Counted from the stretch's first letter, positions 1 through 13,167 are shown. The stretch: DNA of 64,000 nt from Octopus bimaculoides (GCF_001194135.2 NC_068998.1:36736049-36800048), one strand, 5' to 3'. Notes: generated by a model not told the origin, from the sequence alone. A program made the numbers and translations.

Positions 1-1683
1 ACACACATACCTGTGTGTGTTTATATATAGATATATCATATAGATAGATAGATACACGCATACATGCATACATCCATGCATACATACATACATACGTACA
101 TACATACATACATACATACATAAGAACACGTCACATGAAGTGGCAAAGGTTCATGCAGAAATAAATACCTGCGTCCCTGTATGAAATTTTGCACATAGCA
201 CATTCGCACACATAACATAAGAACATACGCATATACCCATGGACTGACACACACACACACACACATACAAATATATACACACTCTCACAAACACACTAAT
301 ATATGCATAAACATGTCCACACTCATATGCTTATATGCCCATCACCATCTAACTATCTATCTATCTATCTATATTTTTCTCATNNNNNNNNNNNNNNNNN
401 NNNNNNNNNNNNNNNNNNNNNNNNNNNNNNNNNNNNNNNNNNNNNNNNNNNNNNNNNNNNNNNNNNNNNNNNNNNNNNNNNNNNNNNNNNNNNNNNNNNN
501 NNNNNNNNNNNNNNNNNNNNNNNNNNNNNNNNNNNNNNNNNNNNNNNNNNNNNNNNNNNNNNNNNNNNNNNNNNNNNNNNNNNNNNNNNNNNNNNNNNNN
601 NNNNNNNNNNNNNNNNNNNNNNNNNNNNNNNNNNNNNNNNNNNNNNNNNNNNNNNNNNNNNNNNNNNNNNNNNNNNNNNNNNNNNNNNNNNNNNNNNNNN
701 NNNNNNNNNNNNNNNNNNNNNNNNNNNNNNNNNNNNNNNNNNNNNNNNNNNNNNNNNNNNNNNNNNNNNNNNNNNNNNNNNNNNNNNNNNNNNNNNNNNN
801 NNNNNNNNNNNNNNNNNNNNNNNNNNNNNNNNNNNNNNNNNNNNNNNNNNNNNNNNNNNNNNNNNNNNNNNNNNNNNNNNNNNNNNNNNNNNNNNNNNNN
901 NNNNNNNNNNNNNNNNNNGACAAGTTACTGAAGAGATTGCAAGAGTGCAATGAAATAATTTAACAAAAAACTATATAAATTAATAAAGGACTGAACCAGT
1001 GCGTGTGTTTATTACCGGCATAATGCCTCTCCCAAGGTTTAATTGTATTTCTTTCAACACACGTATCCACATCAAGAATCTTGCACACGAAATACACATA
1101 CGAAATATATATTTATATATATATGCATGCCTACCTACATATGAATCTGCACGCACATATACCATCAAACAGCACTTTCTATCATTACGTACCCTAACTG
1201 TTAGACGGTAAAGAAACACCCAAATAGCACACACACACATATAAGTACGCACTCACGCACTGGCTCTCTATTGTACACACACGTATCTACAAAGATATTA
1301 CATGTGTTTTTTGAGTGTGCTTGCTTTTATTTGCCCAGACAAGAGGAAAGGCATACAATGCACACGCTCGCGTATGCATTTAATTACACATTAAAGGCAC
1401 TCAAGCAGCATATGCGCGCGCGCATGTGTATTGCATATATATATGTATATATATATATACTTTATTAAAAGCAGCAGAAATCTCACGAAAAACTGTTACT
1501 CAGATTTTCACGTTTCCGTTCGTCGAACGACGAAGAGGAACGTGAAACTCCGAGTAACAGTTTTTGTAATATTTCTACTGCTTTTAATAAAGTATATTAC
1601 TCTACCTCTGGTATTTGAGTACTCAGTTTTCCACCTTGTTTCACATTTATGTGCTTACTCCGGTATATTAAATATATGTATAT

Positions 1684-1727
<44 letters not shown>

Positions 1728-2274
1728 ACATATATATATATATGTTTTTATATATATATGTGTATATATATATAAANNNNNNNNNNNNNNNNNNNNNNNN
1801 NNNNNNNNNNNNNNNNNNNNNNNNNNNNNNNNNNNNNNNNNNNNNNNNNNNNNNNNNNNNNNNNNNNNNNNNNNNNNNNNNNNNNNNNNNNNNNNNNNNN
1901 NNNNNNNNNNNNNNNNNNNNNNNNNNNNNNNNNNNNNNNNNNNNNNNNNNNNNNNNNNNNNNNNNNNNNNNNNNNNNNNNNNNNNNNNNNNNNNNNNNNN
2001 NNNNNNNNNNNNNNNNNNNNNNNNNNNNNNNNNNNNNNNNNNNNNNNNNNNNNNNNNNNNNNNNNNNNNNNNNNNNNNNNNNNNNNNNNNNNNNNNNNNN
2101 NNNNNNNNNNNNNNNNNNNNNNNNNNNNNNNNNNNNNNNNNNNNNNNNNNNNNNNNGCTGATACATGGGTATTTTATTTGAATGTCTATCATTAAACTGT
2201 CTTCTTTCGCTGCCCACCCATTTTGAAGTGCTTCCACAGTTTTAAATCAGCGCTTTCGATTACGCACTGTCGCG

Positions 2275-2309
<35 letters not shown>

Positions 2310-2612
2310 CCTCACACATACACATACACACTCACACACACACACAGTGAGGATAAAAGCCTGTATGTAATTACACACGACCCAGCGCAACCCATCACTT
2401 AATAACGTTGGCATGTTCCTAATTTACCGCCCTCACAGCTGTTGTTCTTATAGCGTTTTTACACCTAAGTTGCTCTTGTTATCAATGTTAGGTTTTCTTT
2501 TTCGGCTTTTCTGACTTTCGTTTTATTGTTTTGTGTTGTTACCACCGTAACTCTCACTGCTGTTGCTGTTGCTGCTGCTACAACAATAGCAGCAACTACT
2601 ACTACCACCACC

Positions 2613-2697
<85 letters not shown>

Positions 2698-2818
2698 ACT
2701 ATTCCTTTCGAATGCGTTCGTTTTGAACGAAATATTTCCGTCTAGTATCGATAGGCAGTTAACCAAGGCGTGGCATATATATATACATAGACACGCATAC
2801 ACACAAACACACTCACTT

Positions 2819-2855
<37 letters not shown>

Positions 2856-3072
2856 GACTCCCCCCACCCCACACATATATACATATATAGTTCTAGTTTA
2901 CAGAAAACAGAAGATTTAGACAGGTGAGGGAACAACAAGCGGGTGTATTAGATTGACGGTTAGAAAGAATGGAAAAGTGTTTGATGTTTCGAGCCCACCC
3001 TTTTCGACAGAGAGGGATAAGAGGGGAAAAAATGGAGAAAGAGGGGAATAAAACGGAGAGAAAAAAATTGAG

Positions 3073-3455
3073 TACTCTTTTCTTTCATTTGTTTCAGCCA
3101 TTAGACTGCGGCCATGCTGGTGCACCAGCTTGAAGTATTCTATTGAACGAAATGAATCTACCCTAATGTTTTTTTCTAAGCCTGTTACTTATTCTATCAT
3201 TTTTTTTTTTGCCGAACTGCTAAGTTATTGGGATGTAAACAAATCAGCGCCTGTTGTCAAGCGTTGGTGGGAGACAAACACAGAGACAAAGAAATACACA
3301 GATATATCCATATACTACGGGCTTCTTTTAGTTTCCGTCTACTAAATCCACTCACAAGGCTTTAATCGGCCTGAGGCTATAGTAGAAGACACTTATCCAA
3401 AGTGCCACATTGTGGAACTGAACCTAGAATCATGTGGTCGGCAAGCAAAGACTTT
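3073..3455 (-). mobile_element. SINE family B/C (tRNA-like head plus 3' body), degraded copy
   Basis: Contains ...gactgcggccatgctgg... and ...ccaaagtgccacattgtggaactgaacc..., matching in order the better copy at 27812-28176 and copies at 44650 and 61030. Confidence 0.8.
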
Positions 3456-3964
3456 CCTCTCTGGGCAATCTCTCATCAACTTCTTCAAGTATCATCTGAA
3501 GAGAACGGTGAGAGTAGAAAGGGAAGTCTTGTCTAGTGAATGCTTCCAAAAAAGATGGGTGAATGTAGCAAGGATGGCACGTGTGAATGACGGAGCCACC
3601 TTGAGCATAACACTATAAAGGAGTAAAAAAATCCAGACAAAAAAAAAAGGCAAAAGAGAGTCACTTACTGTTATAGTTTCTGCAATGACAATATTGACCA
3701 AGGTTACCGTNNNNNNNNNNNNNNNNNNNNNNNNNNNNNNNNNNNNNNNNNNNNNNNNNNNNNNNNNNNNNNNNNNNNNNNNNNNNNNNNNNNNNNNNNN
3801 NNNNNNNNNNNNNNNNNNNNNNNNNNNNNNNNNNNNNNNNNNNNNNNNNNNNNNNNNNNNNNNNNNNNNNNNNNNNNNNNNNNNNNNNNNNNNNNNNNNN
3901 NNNNNNNNNNNNNNNNNNNNNNNNNNNNNNNNNNNNNNNNNNNNNNNNNNNNNNNNNNNNNNNN

Positions 3965-4147
3965 TCCCTTTTGATCGAACTCCCCCCCTTTTTTCCTTCC
4001 TACGATCCCTTTTGATCGACACCCACCCCTACTTTTTTTCTTTTTCTTTTTTTTTCCTTCTTCCTTCTCCCTCCCAAAAAGAAAAGCTCTACATTGTATT
4101 CGTCCCATCTTTGTTGAGCCCTGTGTGGCTAATAAAAGAAATGTATC

Positions 4148-4170
<23 letters not shown>
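3965..4170 (+). mobile_element. SINE 3' tail variant ending in (TATC)n
   Basis: ctcccaaaaagaaaagctctacattgtatt...gagccctgtgtggctaataaaagaaatgtatctatc recurs nearly identically at 17651-17735; the tail resembles the family A tail at 51940-52000. Confidence 0.7.
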
Positions 4171-4178
<8 letters not shown>

Positions 4179-4196
4179 CTATCTATATGTATGTAT

Positions 4197-4239
<43 letters not shown>

Positions 4240-4339
4240 CATACATATGTATACATGTATTTGTGCAAGCGTGTGTGTGTGTGTGTGTGTGCGTGCGCGC
4301 ACGCGTGCGTTTGTGTATGTTCTTGTTTTGCACCATCAA

Positions 4340-4510
4340 CTGACAACTGGTATTGGTGTGTTTACATTCCTGTAACTTAGCGGTTTGGGAAAAGAATGCG
4401 ATAGAATAAATACTAAGCTTTAAAAAATATAAATCCTGGGGTCAATTTGTTCGACTAAAAACCTTTGAAGGCAGTGCCGCAGTCAAATGATTGAAACAAG
4501 TATAAGAAAT
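4340..4510 (+). mobile_element. SINE family B/C, 3' body only
   Basis: gtaacttagcggtttgg...cctggggtcaatttgttcgactaaaa...cgcagtcaaatgattgaaacaag is the reverse complement of the C body at 27812-28010. Confidence 0.75.
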
Positions 4511-4706
4511 GAACTCGGAGTAGCAAGAGATTGACTCTGCAAGAATCCTCTCACCCCATTGTGATCAGCAGTACAGTGGGGTGAGAGGATGGGGCTGGGG
4601 GAAGGCCACACTGCTCTTAAAGTCTATGACACACACAGAGTAATACACTCATACATACACACATAACTACACACACGCACGCAGGCACACACATACACGC
4701 GCGTGC

Positions 4707-4751
<45 letters not shown>

Positions 4752-5148
4752 AGGACACAAACGCATACGCAAATAAGGATACACATCCGAGAAGAACAGA
4801 CTGGAGTAAGTGGAGTAAGAACACACACGAAAATGAAAAGTGTCGCTGAAGAGGTCACAGATGTGTGACGAAAGATTTCTGTGCAATGGACATGAGTCGA
4901 AATAATAAAACATGAATAGTAATAAACGAGCGAAGAAAAAATATATGGTGCGTGTGTTTATTTGGTAAAAAAGAAGAAAAAAAGAAAATGACCATCCCGA
5001 AATATAACATGTGTGGTGGGGAACACAGAGAATTCAGGACCAAAGAACGTATATATATATACAATGTATGAACGTATANNNNNNNNNNATGAACGTATAT
5101 ACATTTATATATATATATATATACAATGTATGAACGTATATATATATT

Positions 5149-5184
<36 letters not shown>

Positions 5185-5375
5185 TAGTACTACTTTAGTT
5201 TATCAGAATGAGATAATTAATCCTCGAGTGAGTTCATCAACTGTTAGTTGGTGCAAGAACAACCTATCCATCAATTTCTGAGATATGATAGTTTAGGTTT
5301 GTTGCTCCTTTCGTCTTATTTTGATGTTCATAAAAATGCTAATGAGAAAATAATAATAATAAAAATGATGATAAC

Positions 5376-5445
<70 letters not shown>

Positions 5446-7989
5446 GCCTGAAGGGCTATAATTGATGCAAAACATTCGAAACTTTCACCTAGAATTACAA
5501 AGAAAAGATAACGTGGAATGTAAGAAAAGACGTTTCTAAAATACAAGAGGAATTTTTAAAGACGTTATGTATATATGGAACAACATGAATTTTAAAAGCT
5601 CATACACACATGTATGCACACACACATGTATGCACACACACACACACACACATACTGATGTTTGTGTATATATGCTCATACATTCACGAATACAAAACCA
5701 CGTATTTGCACGAAAATGATTTTAAGAAGTACTATAAAACAAACCGTAATTAAAACAAGATGTGATTAAAGGAAAAAAAATACGTTAGATTATTTCTTTT
5801 GTTGAGTTAGTTTACTCCACAGTGTTGATCACTAAACTACTTTTAAAATCTTGCTCGAGAGCAGCCAGATGCACTAGTGAGAATTTTTTTTTTTTTTGAG
5901 ACATGTATTGGTGTAAAGCACGAAATTGAGGATAACCTATTTCAAGTTTAATGAAATGTTTTAATTTTAATTTCATTAGAAATATATTTTTTGCATGTTG
6001 TTTATATTGTTATTCTGATATTGTGTCATTATAATCCGTTGAACCACAGATGTGTAATTTTGTCTGTTAACTATTTGTTTGATTTTCGAATAACGGGTAA
6101 TCCCAGTTCATCTTGGATCTCGTTATTTTTCTAAGAAGGAATTAATTGTCGTTTCTTAGAAATTGTTATTCGTCACGATTTCGTTGTCTTGTTCTGACTT
6201 CGTCTCTTGGTGATATTTTTGCCGTCTTTATTTTCACTCGTATTTCCACAGAGCCTTTTGTAAACTTTCATCTGTATTTTTTGTTTCTCCCTCATCATAC
6301 GTTAAAGATGTTTCCTCATCTAACTGAGATACTATGGATAAAAGTATTTTACTTACCACCCCAAGACACAGAGGTATACCTGAAAATTAAAGATGGTGTC
6401 CTGGTAGCATTCCTAGTTTTACAACACTATTTTAAAGACGACTAGCGACCAAATCCATCACGAAGACTTGGTCATTGTTCTGCATGCACGCACGCACACT
6501 CGCACGCACACGCGCGCACACACACACACACACGCACATACACGAACTCTTACGTATCTATATATGATATAAGATATTCGTACAAACATAAGAAAGAAAG
6601 AGAACACTTCATGTTACCATGTCTTTAAAAAGGCCTAAACTTATATTCATACCCTGTGTGTGTGTGTGTGCGTGCGTGTGTGTGTGTCTGTGTCTGTGTC
6701 TGTGCGTGTGTATGTATATGTGCATGTGTTTATTTCTAAGGGTGCCGGTATACTTATATACATGAGCGCAGGGTTACATAACCGAGTATTACCTATCACT
6801 CCGTTGAATCCCCAGAGTGAAACTGACTGTTAAGATCGACCGCAATGGTTATACAATACTGTACACTTCGGGTAATATATATATATATATANNNNNNNNN
6901 NNNNNNNNNNNNNNNNNNNNNNNNNNNNNNNNNNNNNNNNNNNNNNNNNNNNNNNNNNNNNNNNNNNNNNNNNNNNNNNNNNNNNNNNNNNNNNNNNNNN
7001 NNNNNNNNNNNNNNNNNNNNNNNNNNNNNNNNNNNNNNNNNNNNNNNNNNNNNNNNNNNNNNNNNNNNNNNNNNNNNNNNNNNNNNNNNNNNNNNNNNNN
7101 NNNNNNNNNNNNNNNNNNNNNNNNNNNNNNNNNNNNNNNNNNNNNNNNNNNNNNNNNNNNNNNNNNNNNNNNNNNNNNNNNNNNNNNNNNNNNNNNNNNN
7201 NNNNNNNNNNNNNNNNNNNNNNNNNNNNNNNNNNNNNNNNNNNNNNNNNNNNNNNNNNNNNNNNNNNNNNNNNNNNNNNNNNNNNNNNNNNNNNNNNNNN
7301 NNNNNNNNNNNNNNNNNNNNNNNNNNNNNNNNNNNNNNNNNNNNNNNNNNNNNNNNNNNNNNNNNNNNNNNNNNNNNNNNNNNNNNNNNNNNNNNNNNNN
7401 NNNNNNNNNNNNNNNNNNNNNNNNNNNNNNNNNNNNNNNNNNNNNNNNNNNNNNNNNNNNNNNNNNNNNNNNNNNNNNNNNNTACAGATAGGTACATAGA
7501 TAGATAGATAGATAGATAATATACATATGTACAAACACGCACACATGCACACACACACTTACATATACATGCAGAAACAGTTGATTACTGTAGCAATTGT
7601 TAAAGAACACTATTGTATGTGTATGAGTTTGTCAATATGCATTTGTGCATGTTTTTATGTGTATGTGCATGCGTGTGTATAAAAAACAGCTTGCCCATGT
7701 ATCATTAAATTGTGTGTTGCGTGCAGTATCGAAAATAAGTGTAGCTGGTAGTGCTTTGTGTGTGTGTGATGGGGGTTGTGGTGGGTGGAATGATTTTGCG
7801 AAATGAAAACAGAAATGAAAACAGAAATGGAAATGATATAATTACAAAATAGAAAAATCTCTAGTCAGATGTATCTATAAATACGTACATACATACATAC
7901 ATACATTTGTACATACCAACATAGAGCGATAGGGATGAGGTGTATGTTTTCCTGAAACCATGTGTATACATGAATCTCTCAGTCTCTCT

Positions 7990-8108
7990 GAAGGGGATGA
8001 AAGGCAAAGTTTAAAACCACGGCAGGATTTGAACTCAGAACATAAAAACCCAGAAGAACGACAAAGCATTTTTTCCGACGTGCTAACGATTCTGCCAATT
8101 CACCGCCT
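7990..8108 (-). mobile_element. SINE family A, 5' part
   Basis: Reverse complement of the family A head: ggatgaaaggcaaag...atttgaactcagaac...gtgctaacgattctgcc. Confidence 0.75.
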
Positions 8109-8469
8109 CTTCCTTCTTCACTCCATTAGATTTTCTTAGCTAATTATTGTGTTGAAATAAATATAACATCACATTAATTACCAACAATCTGCATTTATTT
8201 ATCATCTTTACTCTCTGATATTTATTTATAAATTTCAGTAAAAAATGCTTTTAATTATATAATTTCGTGTACATACGTATATATTAAATGAATGTATCAT
8301 AAACCTATTTAATAAATCATGGCTTATAATATGTAATAGGTTGCGCTGAATTTGTATATATTTATTATAATTAATAATTATATTTGTAATGTTGCTATTC
8401 ATTAAAAACAAATCTTTTATAATAACATGATTATTATTTAAGGAACTGAATCACGAATATTACTCATAG

Positions 8470-8830
8470 CGGTTAGAATATGTTGGAAGATCTGCAAATG
8501 AGATGCCTTTCCCAAATTCTTGAAGTATCGCAGATTAACAGTCTGTACAATGAGCTCGTTCAGTTAAACTTGCTATTTATGAATTAATTCTAAAGCAGCA
8601 GTTGTGTTAGTTTGGCTAAATGACTGAAATGGATGGTTCAGGAGTGTCATAAATCTATTAGTACGCCTTCAACTATACGGGGGGGGGGGAAATGAAGGAT
8701 GTACACAGAGCAACACCGAAAAAATGGTTGAAAATTATCGACAGATATGGTGAAATAAATATTAATGATGCTGAACATCTAGTAAAAACTGGCAGACGTG
8801 GAAAGAAGCTGTCCATGGGCGATGAGTAAG
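8470..8830 (+). mobile_element. Decayed RTE-clade LINE, C-terminal ORF2 remnant
   Basis: Frameshifted translation RCLSQILEV...NELV / KQQLC*FG*MTEMDG / RATPKKWLKII / KNWQTWKEAV follows the RTE C-terminal pattern RCLRxIL..NxxV..WxGHxxRM..GRPxxxW..RxxW. Confidence 0.65.
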
Positions 8831-9159
8831 CTAATGACGGGAAGTGAAGCAAGAAGGCAGCGCTCTATAATCATTCCCTACCTACAGAATTTATGGTCAT
8901 AATGCTGTGTTGCCGTCAGGTGTGTGTATTTAAGAGGCAGAGCAGTCAAGTTCACCCGAGGTATATTTCTACTTCTTTTAATACAAGTGTATATATCACG
9001 TATAGCTCTATAGTTATATCTATATAAATATAGTGTGTCGATATGTATATATATCTATATATAGATATATACACATTCACGCATGCATGTATCTATCTAC
9101 CTGCCTCTCAGTCTATCAGTCCCTCCCTCCCTTTCTGTCTGTCTGTCTCTCTATCTCTC

Positions 9160-9192
<33 letters not shown>

Positions 9193-9388
9193 ACAGATAA
9201 TAAAATATTTCTACTCTATAAATCAGTATTGGCTAGAATGTGCATTCTACATGAAACACATGTAGATATATACGTATGCACATCACACATACATACATAC
9301 ATACATACATACATACATACATACATACATACATACATACATACATACACATACGTACGTACGTACGTACGTACGTACGTACGTACAT

Positions 9389-9740
9389 GTGGAAACCTCA
9401 ATAAAATGTAGGCACAACAGATCTGATATAATGATTTGGGATAGAAAAGAGAAACTGAGTACAGAAGTGGAAATTTGCTGCCCAGCGGATGTTAACATAA
9501 AGTTGGAGATCGGTGAAAAAAAAGTATACCTATGCTGAACTATTTAGAAATCTGCGGTTACTCTACCCAGATTACAAGTTCTAATTTATACCTGTAATTA
9601 TTGAAGCCCTGAAATATGTAATACACTGACTTAATACCAATCTTGAGAAATTAGGCATCTCAAAACCAGAAAGAAGAAAGCTGATTCAAAGACCATAGAT
9701 CCAATCCATCACTGGAACTGCAAACATCTGTTGAAGTCGT
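9389..9740 (+). mobile_element. Decayed non-LTR retrotransposon with restriction-like endonuclease (R2/R4/NeSL-type), 3' remnant
   Basis: VETSIKCRHNRSDIMIWDRKEKLSTEVEICCPADVNIKLEIGEKKVY, then after a frameshift YAELFRNLRLLYPDYKF*FIPVIIEALKYV...IQSITGTANIC. Matches the RLE layout HNRPD..D..P.D......EK..KY..L....PVIIGALG. Confidence 0.8.
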
Positions 9741-11019
9741 AAACGAGACTGATATTTTGAGTATATCATTTTACACTTTAACTGGTTCCAATAGACAGTG
9801 TTTGTCCACACAGGAATACTTATGTCACAGAAGGAACTAAAAGTCTATATTCATAACCTTATTCATCCTTGTATTGGTATTCTCCTGTATACTTCACGGC
9901 CGTCCTCGTGTTTTTGATAGATTGACACCAAACCAATTTTTATGATTTATTGGTTGTTCTATCAATAGACAGATTTAAAGTGCTTGAAAATGCAGCCGTA
10001 TCTCACGCAGATATTTTATTTTCTTGAAAAAAGGAATATACTAAAAATAATAATCCTAGATAGGCTGTTTGGAAAAAAGGGAACGCGTGGAGATGTAGAT
10101 TGTTTAGTCATGATTAGAACGTTTCCATTACAGATCTGCTCGATCAGCGTTGAGCTGGGGTTAAGCAGCCACAACAACAATGCTGACAACGACAACAATA
10201 TCAGCAGCAGCAACAAAAACAATAACAAGAGCAGTAAAAATAACAGTAAAAGTAACAACGATAGCAACAACGGCGCCTTGTTGAATTTCATAGACTTCAT
10301 TTAAACACTTCGCAACAGTCGTCTGCATAAACATTTCATTACCCTTTAATGGCCGTCTGTCTGTTTAAGAGAGTTATTTAAGAGCGCCATAACGAATAGT
10401 TTAATTCTGTAGTAGAAACATTTCAACACGCCACATCAGAAAACATGTAAACACGTTATAACGATCGTCAATTTATCCTGATAGATATAACACGGATTTC
10501 AACGTGACGACTTAAACGAAATTAAAACTGAACGGTCGTCTGCACATTTAACAGAGATATTTAAAACACCCATAACAGTCGTTTGTTCACTTCATAGGAA
10601 TATATTTTTAACTATCAAGTTACTCATTGATGTTGTTTAACCCCAGGCTAAATCTCAATCGGCAAAACCATCATCAAAAGCATTCCAGTCACGAGCAGTC
10701 ATCTTAATTTCAATCACAGAATGATGTTGTTCTAGATGCACATAGCATCCTTCCCGTTTAAACAAGTTTGACTGCTATTTGTTAAAGATCAAACGACCAA
10801 ATGCAGACGCTTTTGTTGATTCGCGCAAGTTACTCATTATTGTAGATATTGCTGTTAGGTAGCCCCACGATCGATCCTATGGCATGCAGATAGTCGATTT
10901 AAAGTGGAAACACGAGCCACAGATCTGATTTTGCGGTTATGCCATATCTCCAACTAGCGTCAATCATTGACAAAAGGTGATATCAGGTGATCTCGTGGTC
11001 TCGGCGCTGGAAATAGCGG

Positions 11020-11310
11020 GAGTTTATCTCCTCGCTGGCAATATAAACAAGAGTGCATTTTGCACCAAAAGCAAATATGAGTGTTTCTCTCATCGTATCT
11101 TCCTCAGTATTTGTCCTACCAGGACATCCACATTTAAATATTACCTCTCAGTTGTGTGATAGTTTGAACATATTAAACATTCTTTATAGTCCAAACTAAT
11201 GCCGTTTACAGCGGAGATGAGAAACATAGGCTTCGTCCGGGCGAGACGGTTGCTGTTCTTCTGTATTTCTTCTTAAAGATGTGCATCCTAACACAGTGTT
11301 TAGCGGGATC
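11020..11310 (-). mobile_element. Possible decayed CR1/L2 LINE 3' remnant
   Basis: Minus-strand fragments NTVLGC.. and EEIQKNSNRL...LDYKECLICSNYHTTER loosely resemble LGCI / LExxQxRAT / YxERL..L..LExRR. Multiple frameshifts. Confidence 0.3.
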
Positions 11311-11342
11311 TAGAACTGATACTATTTGGCTTAGCCTCAATC

Positions 11343-11438
11343 CATAAAATCAGTACCAGTCAAGTACTGAGGTTGATATAATCGGCAAGTTCCCTTCCCC
11401 AAATTTCAGGCCTTGTGACTATGACTACAGTACGAAAG

Positions 11439-11510
<72 letters not shown>

Positions 11511-11533
11511 NNNNNNNNNNCACCACCACCACC

Positions 11534-11605
<72 letters not shown>

Positions 11606-11926
11606 GTTGGAATGGTAGAAGTTCTTGCAGTTCATTGTCCTAGCTTTTACTTTTCTGAGTTCATATCACACCGAGTTCAATATTGACTTTCATCTCTTGG
11701 TGATATCAGTAAGGCAAGTGAGCCGGCAGAATCGCTAGCACGTCGGGCAAAATACCTAGCGGCATTTCGTCCGTCTTTACGTTCTGAGTTCAAATTCTGC
11801 TTGGGTTAACTTTGCCCTTTATCCTTTTTGGGTCGATAAAATAAGTACCAGTTGAGCACTAGGGTCGATGTAATCGACATTACCCCTCCGCCGAAAATGC
11901 TGGCCTTGTACCAAAATTTAAAACCA
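11343..11926 (+). mobile_element. SINE family A: tail fragment (11343-11420) and near-full copy (11711-11926) flanking a (CTA)n run
   Basis: ggcagaatcgctagcacgtcgggcaaaat...ttctgagttcaaattc...ggggtcgatgtaatcgac...ggccttgtacc, shared with many copies in the window. Confidence 0.85.
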
Positions 11927-12990
11927 TTATGTAGCATCAGTCAAATACTGCAGTCGACAATGATAATATCGAATATTCCCTCCACCGGATTTTGCTTTAA
12001 GGCCTCGTGCAGCTTATTGTCATCATCACCACCATCATCCTCACCAACATCATCATCACCATTGCCATGACAACAACTGCCACATACACCACTACTGCTA
12101 CCACCATCGTCATTATCATCACAGCTCCATCATAATCATTGCTATTACTCTGTTAAGGTGTTTGGTACCCAGTCATATTTCTGTTGTACTCAGTATTGGT
12201 GAATTGTGTTTAAGGTTGTTTCTAGTTTATTTTTATAGTTGGGTATTTCTGGCGTGCAACTGAAGTTTTTCTGGGTTGATGATCTGTTTGTTACTTGCTA
12301 GTATTTGACATGTTCCTCTGCGAACAGTTTTCGCAGGTTAGCATTCTTTACAATTTGCTTCTGTTCAAATGCTGCTATGTGAGAAGAAATAAAGCCAGCC
12401 CCGACAGAAAAAAAAAAGTTCCCTTATTTTGGCAAGAAATGAATACTACCTAGTAGTCTGGCAACTTTCCAGCAGGCATCAAACAGGGTTTAAAAATAAA
12501 CCAGATAGATTTAGGGAAGGATAGATAGAGAAGGAAAGCAAAGAAATATTCAGGAAGAAAAGAAAAAAGAAAAAAAATTCCTCAAAAATTCGGGACTACG
12601 GCATTGCAATTCTTCACAGGTATATATGTATGCGTGAACTCGCACGCGTGCGCGCATGTGTGTGTGAGAGAGAGAGAGAGAGGGAGAGAGAGAGAGAAAG
12701 AGAGAGAGAGACGGCGTGCTTAAGTGCGTGTGAGTACATGTAAACATTAGAAATTTAGAAATATTANNNNNNNNNNNNNNNNNNNNNNNNNNNNNNNNNN
12801 NNNNNNNNNNNNNNNNNNNNNNNNNNNNNNNNNNNNNNNNNNNNNNNNNNNNNNNNNNNNNNNNNNNNNNNNNNNNNNNNNNNNNNNNNNNNNNNNNNNN
12901 NNNNNNNNNNNNNNNNNNNNNNNNNNNNNNNNNNNNNNNNNNNNNNNNNNNNNNNNNNNNNNNNNNNNNNNNNNNNNNNNNNNNNNNNNN

Positions 12991-13032
<42 letters not shown>

Positions 13033-13033
<1 letters not shown>

Positions 13034-13167
13034 ATATTTATCAGAAGCAACAGAGTGACTCAAGGTCGGAAAGTTTCCTGTATTGGCACTTCTCAAACTT
13101 GATAAGTACCATACCAACGCACGAAAATCTCGGCTCTTGAGTCACTCTGTTGCTTCTGATAAATATT
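13033..13167. repeat. Perfect 32-bp inverted repeat with 71-bp spacer
   Basis: 13033-13064 aatatttatcagaagcaacagagtgactcaag and 13136-13167 cttgagtcactctgttgcttctgataaatatt are exact reverse complements. Confidence 0.95.
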
